The notes: generated by a model from the sequence alone, not told the origin. DNA of 64,000 bases from an uncultured bacterium (GCA_963695095.1 CAVOFT010000001.1:864001-928000), one strand, 5' to 3'. Positions 30,546 through 40,855 are shown, counted from the stretch's first letter. Numbers and translations: made by a program.

Positions 30546-31540
30546 GCGAGGCCCTCTTCGCCGAGCCCCAGCGCTACGAGTTCTTCCAGGCGGTGCGTCT
30601 GCATCAGCGCGCCCGGCCGGGGGCGACCCTCGGCGCCGGCGACGACCCGCGGCGCGAAACCCTGCGCTTCAGCGCCGAAGTCTCCCTGGCCTTTCCGCCC
30701 AGCGACATCCGCTCGCTCACGCCCGGCGCCGGCGCGGAGGCCCCGGATCGGATGGAAGTGCGCTTCATGGGCCTGGCCACGCCGGCCAGCTACGGCTCCC
30801 TGCCCACGCCCTACGCCGAGGCCGTCCTCGCCGACCTGCGCGCCGGCCACAGCGCGGCCAAGGCCTTCTACGATCTCTTCAATCATCGTCTGATCTCGCT
30901 CTTCTACCGCGCCTGGGCCAAGTACCGCCCGGAGATCGGCTACGAGACGGGGCCGGCGGGCGAGGTCACCAGCTTCGAGCGGGCGCTCTTCGCCTTGATC
31001 GGCGTGCCCGAACCCGGCCGCGCGGAGGCTCTGCCCTTCGATGCGCGGGCGCTGCTCGGCCGGGCCCGGGAGCTGCGCCGCTGCGGCGCGAGCGCGGAGG
31101 CCCTGGCCGAGCTGATCGAGGACTACTTCGCGGTGCCGGCCACGGTCCGGGCCTTCGCCCTGCGCGCCTACCGGATGGCGGCGACGGAGCGCACGCGCCT
31201 GGGTCGGCAGGCTTCGGCTCTGGGCGAGAGCTTCGCCCTCGGTGGCCGCGTGGAACTGGCGCAGCATGCCTTCTGTCTTCGTCTCGGTCCTCTGGACGGG
31301 CGCCAGTTCCGTGACTTCCTGCCCACGGGGGACGGCCATCGCGCGCTGGTGGCGCTGACCCGCCTGGCCGTGGGCCCCGACTTCGACTTTGCCATCGAGC
31401 TGGAACTGGCCGCCGGCGAGGCCTTCACCTGCCGTCTCGGCGGCGCGGCCGCGGGCGAGGGCCGCCTCGGCTGGTCGGCCTGGTTGCGGCCCCACGGCGA
31501 GGTCGCCGGCGTCCAGCGCGTCACCCTGACCGTCGGCTGA
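30542..31540 (+). CDS. tssG: T6SS baseplate subunit
   Basis: YEFFQAVRL, SLAFPPSDI, FMGL.....LP..Y, F.DLFNHRL..LFYRAW.KY, LGPL....F..FLP.G, LGWS.WL. Confidence 0.94.
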   Translation: MSEALFAEPQRYEFFQAVRLHQRARPGATLGAGDDPRRETLRFSAEVSLAFPPSDIRSLTPGAGAEAPDRMEVRFMGLATPASYGSLPTPYAEAVLADLRAGHSAAKAFYDLFNHRLISLFYRAWAKYRPEIGYETGPAGEVTSFERALFALIGVPEPGRAEALPFDARALLGRARELRRCGASAEALAELIEDYFAVPATVRAFALRAYRMAATERTRLGRQASALGESFALGGRVELAQHAFCLRLGPLDGRQFRDFLPTGDGHRALVALTRLAVGPDFDFAIELELAAGEAFTCRLGGAAAGEGRLGWSAWLRPHGEVAGVQRVTLTVG

Positions 31541-31580
31541 GACCGGCGGCGAATCGTTTCCGCCTGCGAGGAGGAGCCCG

Positions 31581-34334
31581 GTGAGTCTGAACCTGAAAAC
31601 CCTGGTCGGCAAGCTGACCGACAGCTCACGCCGCGCCCTCGAGGGGCCGCGGGCCTCTGCCTCTCGCGCACCCACTACGATGTCGAGGTGGAGCACTGGC
31701 TGATCAAGCTCATGGAGCCGGCCGGCGGCGACATCGAGCGCATCCTGCGACACTTCGGGCTCGACCCCGATCGCTTCCTGCGCGATCTCGACCGCTCCCT
31801 CGACCAGTACAAGACGGGCAACGGCGGCCGGCCGCAGCTCGCGCCGAGCATCGAGGACCTGGCGCGCGAGGCCTGGCTGCTCAGCTCCGTCAACCTGGGC
31901 GCCGCCCGCGTGCGCTCGGGCGCCCTGCTCCTGGCCGCGCTGGCCGAGCCGGGCCTGCGCCGCCGCCTGCTCGATGCCTCGCCGGCGCTCAAGGCCATCG
32001 ATCGACGGCCGCCCTGGAGCAGGACTTCGCCGCCATCGTCGCCGGCGCGCCCGAGGACCGCGAGGTCTTCAGCGAGCGGCGGCCGCCGCGCGCGAGCTGC
32101 CCGAGGGCGCGCGCGGGCCGCGGGCGGCCGGCCACGCCGGCCCTGGACCAGTTCACCGTCGACCTCACGGCGCGACGCGCGCGAGCGGGCGCATCGATCC
32201 CGTGCTCGGCCGCGACCCGGAGATCCGCCAGATCATCGACATCCTCACCCGCCGCCGGCAGAACAACCCGATCCTCACCGGCGAGGCCGGCGTCGGCAAG
32301 ACGGCGGTGGTGGAGGGCTTCGCCCTGCGCATCGCCGCCGGCGACGTGCCGCCGCTGCTGCAGAACGTCATCGCTGCGCACGCTCGATCTCGGTCTGCTG
32401 CAGGCCGGCGCCGGCGTGAAGGGCGAGTTCGAGAACCGCCTCAAGCAGGTGATCGAGGAGGTGCGCGGCTCGCGCGCAGCCGATCATCCTGTTCATCGAC
32501 GAGGCGCACACGCTGATCGGCGCCGGCGGGGCCGAGGGCCAGAACGACGCCGCCAACCTGCTCAAGCCGGCCCTCGCTCGCGGCGAGCTGCGCACGGTCG
32601 CGGCCACCACCTGGGCCGAGTACAAGAAGTACTTCGAGAAGGACCCGGCGCTCTCCCGCCGCTTCCAGGTGGTCAAGGTGGAGGAGCCCGACGGAGGCCG
32701 CCGCCATCGAGATGATGCGCGGCCTCGACGGCCAAGCTCGAGCAGCACCACGGCGTGCGCATCCTCGACGAGGCCGTGCAGGAGTCGGTGCGGCTGTCGC
32801 ACCGCTACATCCCCGCGCGGCAGCTGCCCGACAAGTCGGTGAGCGTGCTGGACACCGCCTGCGCGCGGGTGGCGATCGGCAAGAGCGCCGTGCCCGCCCG
32901 CATCGAGGACCTGCGCCGGCGCCTGGACGCCCTCGCCACCGAGCTGCGCATCCTCGAGCGCGAGGCCGGCCTCGGCGCCGACCACGGCGAGCGCCTCGCC
33001 GAGCTGGCGGCGCAGCGCGAGGCCGCCGCAGACGGAGCTGGGGGCCCTCGAAGCGCGCTGGACCGAGGAGCTGGCCCTGGTGGAGGAGATCCTCGCCCTG
33101 CGTGGACAGCTCGAGGAGACCCTCGCCGGCCCGGCGGCAGAGGGCAAGTCCGCGGCGGCCGCGAAGAAGAGCGCGAAGAAGACCGCCAAGACGGCGGCCA
33201 AGACCGCCGGCAAGCCGGCGCCGAGCGCGGCGCCCGCCGATCCGGCCGCCCTGCGCGCCGCGCTCGAGCGCCAAGCGGGCCGCGCTCGCGGCCCTGCAGG
33301 GGGAGACGCCCCTGGTCAACTACGAGGTGGACGGGCAGACCATCGCCGAGGTCATCTCCGGCTGGACCGGCATTCCCGCCGGCAAGATGCTGGCCGACGA
33401 GATCCAGACCGTGCTCGCCCTCGCCGAGCGGCTCCAGCAGCGGGTGATCGGCCAGGATCACGCGCTGGCCGCCATCGCCGAGCGCATCCGCACCTCGCGG
33501 GCGAACCTGGACAATCCCTCGCGGCCGATCGGCGTCTTCCTGCTGGTCGGCCCCAGCGGCGTCGGCAAGACGGAGACGGCGCTGGCCCTCGCCGACGCGC
33601 TCTACGGCGGCGAGCGCAACCTGATCACCATCAACATGTCCGAGTACCAGGAGGCGCACACGGTCTCCAGCCTCAAGGGCTCGCCGCCCGGCTACGTCGG
33701 CTACGGCGAGGGCGGCGTGCTCACCGAGGCCGTGCGCCGGCGGCCCTACTCGGTGGTGCTGCTCGACGAGGTGGAGAAGGCCCACCCCGACGTGATGGAG
33801 CTCTTCTTCCAGGTCTTCGACAAGGGCCTGCTCGAGGACGGCGAGGGCCGCGAGATCGACTTCAAGAACACGCTGATCCTGCTCACCTCCAACGTGGGCT
33901 CGGACACGACGATGAAGCTCTGCGCCGATCCCGACACCATTCCCGAGCCCGCGGGCCTGGCGGACGCCATCCGGCCCGAGCTGCTCGCCCGCTTCCCCGC
34001 CGCCCTGCTCGGGCGCATGATCGTCGTGCCCTACTTCCCGATCCACGGCGAGGCCCTGCGCAGCATCATCCGCCTGCAGCTGGACAAGATCGTGCGCCGC
34101 CTGCGCGAGAACCACCGCGTGGAGATGAGCTACACCGAGTCGCTGATGGAGCAGGTGGCCGCCCGCTGCACGGAGTCCGAGAGCGGCGCCCGCAACATCG
34201 ATCACATCCTCACCCGCTCGTTGCTGCCGGAGATCTCGGGCGAGTTCCTGCGCCGCATGGCGGCGGGCGAGGCCTTCGCGCGCGTCAGCGTCGACGTCGA
34301 CGCCGCCGGGGCCTTCGCCTACACGATCACCTAG
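31581..34334 (+). CDS. tssH: T6SS AAA+ ATPase ClpV; several frameshifts
   Basis: L..LVGKL...[81 protein letters not shown]. Confidence 0.93.
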
Positions 34335-34353
34335 CTGCGACGGAGGAGCCGCG

Positions 34354-36717
34354 ATGGCCATCGACCAGACCAAGCTCAACTTCCGGCTGGAGACCCCGCT
34401 GGGGGAGAACGCGCTCGTCGTCTCCCGCTTCGAGCTGAGCGAGGGGATCTCGCAGCTCTATCGCTGCCGGCTGGAGCTGGTCTCCACGGACCTGGCGGTG
34501 GACTTCAAGGCGATTCTGGGCAAGGCGGCCCTGCTCACGATCGCGCCGCCCGGCGGCAGTCAGCGCCATCTGCACGGCATCGTCACCCGTTTCGCGCAGC
34601 AACCGCCGGAGGGCAACTACGCGCGCTACGAGGCGGACATCAGGCCCACGCTCTGGATCCTCGCGCAGCGCCGCAACAGCCGCATCTTCCAGGAGCAGAC
34701 GGTGCCGGCGATCGTGCAGACCCTGCTCGGCGAGGCCAGCATCAAGGCCATCGACAACAAGATCCAGGGCAAGCACCCCGAGCGCGGCTACTGCGTGCAG
34801 TACCAGGAGAGTGACTTCGCCTTCGCCTCCCGGCTGATGGAGGAAGAGGGCATCTACTACTACTTCCGCCACAGCCCCGAGGACGGCCACGTGCTGGTGC
34901 TCGCCGACGGCAGCGACTTCGTCGCCTGCCCGGGTGTCGCCGAGGCCGCCTACAGCCCGGGCCAGGAGCAGGCCGTGGGGCGGGAAACCCTGCACCGCTT
35001 CCAGCGCGAGCAGCGCCTGCTGACCGCCCGCTACGTGGTGGACGACTTCAACTTCGTCGATCCCAAGACGGACCTGACGGCCGAGGCCACGGCGTCTCTG
35101 CCCCAGGACCTGCCCGGAGGTACCTTCGAGCACTTCGACTACCCCACGGGCCAGGTGAAGCAGGGCGCCGAGACCGAGGGCAAGATGGCCTTCGGCGAGG
35201 ACCTCGCTCTCCTCAGGGCGGATGCCGCGCGCGCGGCGGCCTTCACCTTTGCGGGCGAGAGCGACATCGCCGGTCTGCTGGCCGGCCACAAGGTGAAGAT
35301 CGCCGGCTGCCCGCGGCCCGACTTCGACGGCGAGTACCTGCTCACCGGGCTGGACAGCACGGGCGATCAGGCGGAGGGCCTCGGCGAGTCCGGCGGCCGC
35401 GGCGGCGCGCCCGCTCACCTCGGCAACAAGTTCCGCTGCCTGCCGCTCAAGGAGGTGCCGGTCTTTCGGCCTGCCGCTTCGACGCCCTTGCCGCGCATGC
35501 CCGGGCCGCAGACGGCTCTGGTAGTGGGTCCCGCCGGCGAGGAGATCCACACGGATCAGTACGGGCGGGTCAAGGTGCAATTCCACTGGGACCGCTACGG
35601 TCAGGCCGACGACAAGAGCTCCTGCTGGCTGCGCGTCTCGCAGAGCTGGGCCGGCAATCTGTGGGGGGCCTTCGTGCTGCCGCGCATCGGCATGGAAGTG
35701 GTGGTGGACTTCCTCGACGGCGATCCCGACCGGCCGCTGGTGACCGGCGCCGTCTACAACGCGATGACGATGCCGCCCTACCCGCTGCCGGACAAGGCCA
35801 CGCAGAGCGTCTTCAAGAGCCAGTCCAGCAAGGGCGGCGGCGGCACCAACGAGATCCGTCTCGAGGATAGAAAAGGCCAGGAGCAGATCTTCCTGAACGC
35901 GCAGCTGGACTACGACTTCCAGACCGGCCACGACCGCCGCGAGCAGGTGGGCAACGACCTGCACCTCACCGTCAAGAACGACCGTTTCGAGCAAGCGGAC
36001 AACAACGCCCACGAGACGATCGGCGCCGATCTGCGCCAGCAGATCGGCAAGGATCGGCACCTGAGCGTGGGCGGCAAGCAAAGCGTGGCGATCGGCGAGA
36101 GCAGCTCGCTGGAACTGGGCAGCGACCTGATCGAGAAGATCGGCGGCGACAGCTCGCGCGGGGTGGGCGGCAACATCCTCATCGACGGCGGCGGGGACAT
36201 CGTCATCGAGGCGGCCACCAGCATCACCCTGGTTTGCGGCTCGAGCAGTTGCGTCATCGACGCCTCGGGCGTGACCCTCAAGGGCTCCATCCTCACCCTC
36301 GACGGCAGCATGACGAACATCAACAGCGGACCGGGCTCCTCGCCGACCTCGCTCTCGCCGGGCAGCCTCGTCGCCCCCACGGCCCCCGACGCCCCGGTGG
36401 CGCCCGAGGCGGCCCAGCCGGGCGAGAACGTCGCAGCGCCGCCCGCCCACAAGCCGCCCAAGACCGTGGAGGACGTGGCGGAGGGCAGCGAGGCGCCGCC
36501 GGAACAGGAGCCGCCGGACTGGATCGAGCTCGAGATGGTGAACGAAGAGGGCGAGCCGGCGGCCGGCGAGCGCTACAAGATCGAGCTGCCCGACGGCAGC
36601 GTGGCCGAGGGCACGCTGGACCAGAAGGGCTACGCACGCGTGGAGGGCATCAAGCCGGGGAGCTGCAAGGTCAGCTTCCCGAACCTCGACAAGAAGAACT
36701 GGGACAAGGGGAGCTAG
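34354..36717 (+). CDS. vgrG: T6SS spike VgrG with Pro-rich linker and C-terminal transthyretin-like (TTR) domain
   Basis: YCVQY.ESD..F..RL.EEEGI.Y, GPQTA.VVGP.GEEI.TD.YGRVKVQFHWDR, PRIG.EV.V.FLDGDPDRP, gp5 repeats. C-terminal WIELEM..E.GEP.AG..Y.I.LPDG....G.LD..G.A. Confidence 0.96.
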   Translation: MAIDQTKLNFRLETPLGENALVVSRFELSEGISQLYRCRLELVSTDLAVDFKAILGKAALLTIAPPGGSQRHLHGIVTRFAQQPPEGNYARYEADIRPTLWILAQRRNSRIFQEQTVPAIVQTLLGEASIKAIDNKIQGKHPERGYCVQYQESDFAFASRLMEEEGIYYYFRHSPEDGHVLVLADGSDFVACPGVAEAAYSPGQEQAVGRETLHRFQREQRLLTARYVVDDFNFVDPKTDLTAEATASLPQDLPGGTFEHFDYPTGQVKQGAETEGKMAFGEDLALLRADAARAAAFTFAGESDIAGLLAGHKVKIAGCPRPDFDGEYLLTGLDSTGDQAEGLGESGGRGGAPAHLGNKFRCLPLKEVPVFRPAASTPLPRMPGPQTALVVGPAGEEIHTDQYGRVKVQFHWDRYGQADDKSSCWLRVSQSWAGNLWGAFVLPRIGMEVVVDFLDGDPDRPLVTGAVYNAMTMPPYPLPDKATQSVFKSQSSKGGGGTNEIRLEDRKGQEQIFLNAQLDYDFQTGHDRREQVGNDLHLTVKNDRFEQADNNAHETIGADLRQQIGKDRHLSVGGKQSVAIGESSSLELGSDLIEKIGGDSSRGVGGNILIDGGGDIVIEAATSITLVCGSSSCVIDASGVTLKGSILTLDGSMTNINSGPGSSPTSLSPGSLVAPTAPDAPVAPEAAQPGENVAAPPAHKPPKTVEDVAEGSEAPPEQEPPDWIELEMVNEEGEPAAGERYKIELPDGSVAEGTLDQKGYARVEGIKPGSCKVSFPNLDKKNWDKGS

Positions 36718-36757
36718 GCGGTCGCTCCGCCGCCCGCGACGCTAGGAACGAGGACGC

Positions 36758-38623
36758 ATGCCACGACGATTCAGGGCCAAGAGCGGCGACACCCTGTGCA
36801 CCCTCGCCATCCGCGAGGGGGGCTTCACGGATTGCGGGCAGGTCCGCGCCGCCGCCGCCAACGCTGCGCTCAAGGACGCGCAGGTCAAGGCGGGCCAGTT
36901 CGTGACGGTGCCGGACAAGGAGGTCAAGGCCGAAGAGGGGGCCGCCAAGCAGAAGCACAAGTTCAAGAGCACCAAGGGCACGCCGCCCTACGTGCGCTTC
37001 GTGCACGGCTCGGAGAAGAAGGACTGGAAGGACGACTTCTCGCTGAAGGTGCTCCAGATCAGCAACATCCGCACGGACATGGGCGGGCTCGACACCACCG
37101 CCGCCTTTCCCGGCACCTTCGGCTTCGACGACGACGCGCACGTGGACGAGGACAGCTTCAAGATCGAGGTCCGCGACGCCGACGAGGCCGGCAACACGCT
37201 GAAGGTGCAGCTCGAAGCGCTGAAGCGGGAAGTCGCGGCCGACAAGACCGTGAGCTTCGTGCCCTTCGCGGCCGGCGACCCCGACGCCGACAAGCGCAAG
37301 GTGGAGATCGAGTGCGAGCGCGTTGCCGCGGACAAGAAGCTCTTCCGCTCGCGCTACCTGCGCCTGGTCACCGATGTCGACGACTTCGCGGCCGCGCCCG
37401 GGCAGACCCTGCTCGTCGCCGACATCGCCGACGGCAGCGGCGGCGCCGCCGACGCGGTGGAGATCCTCGATCAGGAAGTGCGCGCGAGTTACGCGCTGCC
37501 CAAGTGCGCGAAGAAGGGCGACGCCAAGGCGGCCTGCGTGGTCAGAGCACAGCTGCCGGTGGGGGGCAGTTCGTCGCAGCGGCGTGTGCGGCTAGCCGTG
37601 CACGTGCTGCGCAAGAGTCGCGACGGCGCGGGCGCGGCCACCCTGCCCGCCACGCGGTCGGCCTGCCTGCGCTACATCCGGCGGCTCTACGCCCAGGCCG
37701 AGCTGGGCTTCAAGTTCGTCGACCACGAGATCCGCCTGGTGCAGCCGCCGGCGAATCTGATCGCCGTCGACGACCGCGAGGGACGCAAGGCGACCGGCGG
37801 CAGCGCCATCGAGTTGCGCATCCGCGTCAACCCCGACAGCGAAGGCAACGACACGACCAAGGACGTGAGCATCACCACGCGCGCCAAGGACACGCCGGCC
37901 GCCACCGCCAAACGCCTGGCGGACCGCATCACCTCGAACTTCGGCAAGCTGGTCCGGGTCAGCACCAGCAGCAATCCGCCCATCATCGGCAAGGCCCGCG
38001 GCTCTGCTGACGTGATCGTGGGCGATCCCCTCGTCCAGGAAGTCACCATCACCGTTCTCACGAACGACGACGCCACGCAGCCGGTCACCGTCGGCCGCGT
38101 GCTCGCCGGGCGCATCCAGGAGTTCGGCGGCGACGATTCGCACGTGGGCACGCTGGAGGAGCGCACCCTGGTCAAGAACTACGACACCGGCACGAACCGC
38201 GTGGATCTCTTCGTCGTCGAGGGCTTCAATCCCGCCCCCGGTTCCGCCGGCGAGGCCTTCACGCCCAACAAGAAGGCCAAGGCCGCCCGGCGGCCGCGCA
38301 GCCCGATGGTGAACTCGGTGATCATCTTCCAGACGGGCACGGCCGATCCGCCCCAGTTCCACACGACGATTCCGCACGAGATCGGCCATGTCCTCATGGA
38401 CCATTCGCACATCGAGAGCGCCTACGGCGTGGCCGCCAACGCCGGGCACGAGATGATGGGCGCCGGCTCGCCGGTGGGGGCCACGGAGACGGTGGTGGGC
38501 GGTCCCAAGCGCATCGCGGATCCCCGCAACAAGGCCCTGAACGCCACCTTCTCCACCGCGCCGCCGGGCAATCCGCGCACCTTCCTCCGCACCCGTAACC
38601 AGGGGCTGCTCGATGGCTGGTAG
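36758..38623 (+). CDS. Candidate T6SS effector: N-terminal LysM-like segment and C-terminal HExxH zinc-metallopeptidase domain
   Basis: No signal peptide; directly after vgrG. 'KSGDTLC.LA...G...........N..L....V..GQ.V.VP' at the N-terminus. TIPHEIGHVLMDHSH at ~38375, followed by a Met-turn-like HEMMG. Confidence 0.65.
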   Translation: MPRRFRAKSGDTLCTLAIREGGFTDCGQVRAAAANAALKDAQVKAGQFVTVPDKEVKAEEGAAKQKHKFKSTKGTPPYVRFVHGSEKKDWKDDFSLKVLQISNIRTDMGGLDTTAAFPGTFGFDDDAHVDEDSFKIEVRDADEAGNTLKVQLEALKREVAADKTVSFVPFAAGDPDADKRKVEIECERVAADKKLFRSRYLRLVTDVDDFAAAPGQTLLVADIADGSGGAADAVEILDQEVRASYALPKCAKKGDAKAACVVRAQLPVGGSSSQRRVRLAVHVLRKSRDGAGAATLPATRSACLRYIRRLYAQAELGFKFVDHEIRLVQPPANLIAVDDREGRKATGGSAIELRIRVNPDSEGNDTTKDVSITTRAKDTPAATAKRLADRITSNFGKLVRVSTSSNPPIIGKARGSADVIVGDPLVQEVTITVLTNDDATQPVTVGRVLAGRIQEFGGDDSHVGTLEERTLVKNYDTGTNRVDLFVVEGFNPAPGSAGEAFTPNKKAKAARRPRSPMVNSVIIFQTGTADPPQFHTTIPHEIGHVLMDHSHIESAYGVAANAGHEMMGAGSPVGATETVVGGPKRIADPRNKALNATFSTAPPGNPRTFLRTRNQGLLDGW

Positions 38624-39728
38624 TCCACGTCGCAGCCTGCTGCTGAGCCTGATGCTGGCGGCCGCCCTGCTCGGGGCGGCCTGCCGAGAGAAAGAGAAGA
38701 CCATGGCACACGAGACGGACACGCAGGGCGCCGCGCGCATCGATCCGCGCATCGAGGCCTACCTCAAGGTGGAGACGAAATACCACATCGCGCCGCCGCC
38801 CACCGGGCTGGCCAAGGCCACGGTCGAGGCGGCGCTGGAGGCGCGCGTGACGCCGGCGGCCGGCCCGGCCACGCTCAAGCAACTCGCCGCGCTCGCCCTC
38901 TACTACGATGCGCGTGCGGCCGCGCCGGCCTTCGCCGGCCTGCTCAGCGGTCGCGAGGAGAGCCCGGCCGACCAGCAGCGCGCGGCGACGGCCCTGGTTG
39001 CCCTGGGCTGGCTGGCCGCTGACGCCGAGGCGCGCGAGCGCGCGCAGAGCGCCTTCGCGGGCCTGCTCGAGCGCGCGCGGACGGCCGAGCCGCGGGCTGT
39101 CCTGCTGCCGGCCTGCGACGCCCTCAGTCCAGGCGCGGCCCTCGCCGCCTACCAGCGCTGGCTGGGCGCGCGCATCGGCGAGCTGGACGACGCCATTGCC
39201 GCCGCGAAGAAGCAGGGCAAGGAGCTGCGCGACGAGCAGCTCCTGCGCGACGCCTGTCAGGAGTTCCTGGCGGGTCCCGTCAAGCGCCTGGCGGCAGCCA
39301 CGGCGAAGCGCCAGGAGCTGAACGGGCTGGCCGATGACGCCGCGCGCATCGGGCCCCTGGCCGAGCTCTATCTGGGCGACATCACCGAGCTGAACCAGTG
39401 GGCCGGCTACCGGCTCATCCAGCTCGCGGGGCGGGATGCCGATCTCCGCAAGGCCGCCGCGGCCGCCTTCCTCGCGCTGGCCGAGAAGCTGCCCGTGCCG
39501 CCGCCCGAAGCGGCCGCTTCCGAGGCCGACGACGCGGACGCGCCCGCAGACGAGGACGAGGACGAGGCCGAGGGCGATCGCCGCGAGGCGGCCCTGCGCC
39601 TGGCCCGCTGCCTGCGCGCCGCGCAGTTCTTCGGCGCCGCGCTCGGCGAGGAGCAGGCCGACTGGCTGAAGGGCGAAGGGGACACCGGCACGGACCTGCT
39701 CGCCCTGCGGCCTGACTGGCAGTACTAG
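38613..39728 (+). CDS. Helical lipoprotein, candidate immunity protein
   Basis: Lipobox LGAAC. Its start overlaps the end of the candidate effector. Ala-rich helical sequence with an acidic patch. Confidence 0.55.
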   Translation: MAGSPRRSLLLSLMLAAALLGAACREKEKTMAHETDTQGAARIDPRIEAYLKVETKYHIAPPPTGLAKATVEAALEARVTPAAGPATLKQLAALALYYDARAAAPAFAGLLSGREESPADQQRAATALVALGWLAADAEARERAQSAFAGLLERARTAEPRAVLLPACDALSPGAALAAYQRWLGARIGELDDAIAAAKKQGKELRDEQLLRDACQEFLAGPVKRLAAATAKRQELNGLADDAARIGPLAELYLGDITELNQWAGYRLIQLAGRDADLRKAAAAAFLALAEKLPVPPPEAAASEADDADAPADEDEDEAEGDRREAALRLARCLRAAQFFGAALGEEQADWLKGEGDTGTDLLALRPDWQY

Positions 39729-39808
39729 CCTTGGTCCGTCAAGGGCATGCGCACAAGCGGCTCCTCGTCCGCCAGGGCGGAAGCTTGACGGATCTCGATT
39801 TGCGTCCA

Positions 39809-40855
39809 TCAGCCCGTGTTCGGCAAGCCCGCTGCCGGCGGGGCCGCTACCGGCAGGGCGGCGGCAAGTCCCACGCCGCTTTCGTGCAGCAGTCGGTGGC
39901 AGGCCGCGCAGAGGGTGATCAGGTTCGCCGCGCTGTTGCGGCCGCCACGCCGGCGCGGCTCGCGGTGGTGCACCTCCAGGAAGCGCGTGGACCGGCAGCC
40001 CGGCGCCTGGCAGCGGTGGCCATCACGCGCGAGCACCTGCCGTCGAAGAGACGGCGGAATCGATGCCCGGTTCGGCGCGCCTTCCCGCTGCGTTCGGCAG
40101 TCGCAGGCCGCCTGCGCGGCCACGGCCGGCGCCAGGGGGCGCCTGTCGGGCAGGCGCGCGGCGCCGCACTCCTCGCAGCGGTAGATCACGACCTGATACG
40201 GCACCTCGCTTTGTACACGTGTACACTCGGCCTCGGCCAGCGCCGCGAAGGCAGCCAGCAGCAGCTCCTCTTTCGTCCCGGTCTGCCCTTGCTTGCGCAG
40301 GCGCTCGACGATGGCCAGCCAGCGGGCGTGCTGCTCGGGCTCGAGCGTGAAGCTGACCTGCACCTTTGGCGCCGGTGCGGGGACCGGCGCGGGGGCGGGG
40401 ATGGGCCCAGGGGCAGGCGCCAGCAAGTCGCCCTGGCCGCGATCGCGCCGCGCTTCGCCGCGGCTCTCGCGGATCCGTGCTTCTAGCTGACGAGCGCTGC
40501 TCGCCTTCGCGAGGGCGATCCACTGGCCCTCGGAGCGCGGCGTGGCGACCGCCGCCACGCTGCGGGCCTTGGTCCAGGGCATCTCGCCGGCCTCGACCGA
40601 GGCTCGCAGCTGCGGCAAGCCATCGAGCGACTCGGCGAGCCGGATGAACTGATAGGTCTTCGCCTGCCCGAAGCCCAGCACGGCCTCGGCGTAGGCATGA
40701 ATGCTGGAGTAGCCGCGGTCGCGATAGAGGCGCCGGCGCATCAGCTCGGCGAACCAGAGCACGGCGCTCTGTTCGGCGCGGCGCAAGGCGGCGACGGCCG
40801 CGCGCAGGCTAGCATCCACCGTGGCGGCGGGCAGATTCGGCACGAACTCGGACAT
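39809..40855 (-). CDS. HNH endonuclease with DUF222-like N-terminal helical domain
   Basis: RRRLY...GYSSI..YA...LG N-terminus and C..C zinc knuckle. IPPSLRRQVLARDGHRCQAPGC.....LEVHH......GG.N...NL.TLC..CH...HE. Confidence 0.9.
   Translation of the reverse strand: MSEFVPNLPAATVDASLRAAVAALRRAEQSAVLWFAELMRRRLYRDRGYSSIHAYAEAVLGFGQAKTYQFIRLAESLDGLPQLRASVEAGEMPWTKARSVAAVATPRSEGQWIALAKASSARQLEARIRESRGEARRDRGQGDLLAPAPGPIPAPAPVPAPAPKVQVSFTLEPEQHARWLAIVERLRKQGQTGTKEELLLAAFAALAEAECTRVQSEVPYQVVIYRCEECGAARLPDRRPLAPAVAAQAACDCRTQREGAPNRASIPPSLRRQVLARDGHRCQAPGCRSTRFLEVHHREPRRRGGRNSAANLITLCAACHRLLHESGVGLAAALPVAAPPAAGLPNTG

Noticed and set aside
24724..34334. Calling tssB, tssC, clpV (and other shifted genes) pseudogenes
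   Set aside because: Motifs are intact across the shifts and indels also affect unrelated genes, which points to sequencing error.
40210..40227. parS site
   Set aside because: Only the CACGTG core matches TGTTTCACGTGAAACA; the arms differ. Kept as an unexplained palindrome.
39809..40855. HNH protein as a T6SS nuclease effector or IscB/Cas9-like nuclease
   Set aside because: It has no PAAR/RHS/MIX-type delivery domain or immunity partner, and has its own promoter and inverted-repeat boundaries. No RuvC motifs or PLMP N-terminus were visible.
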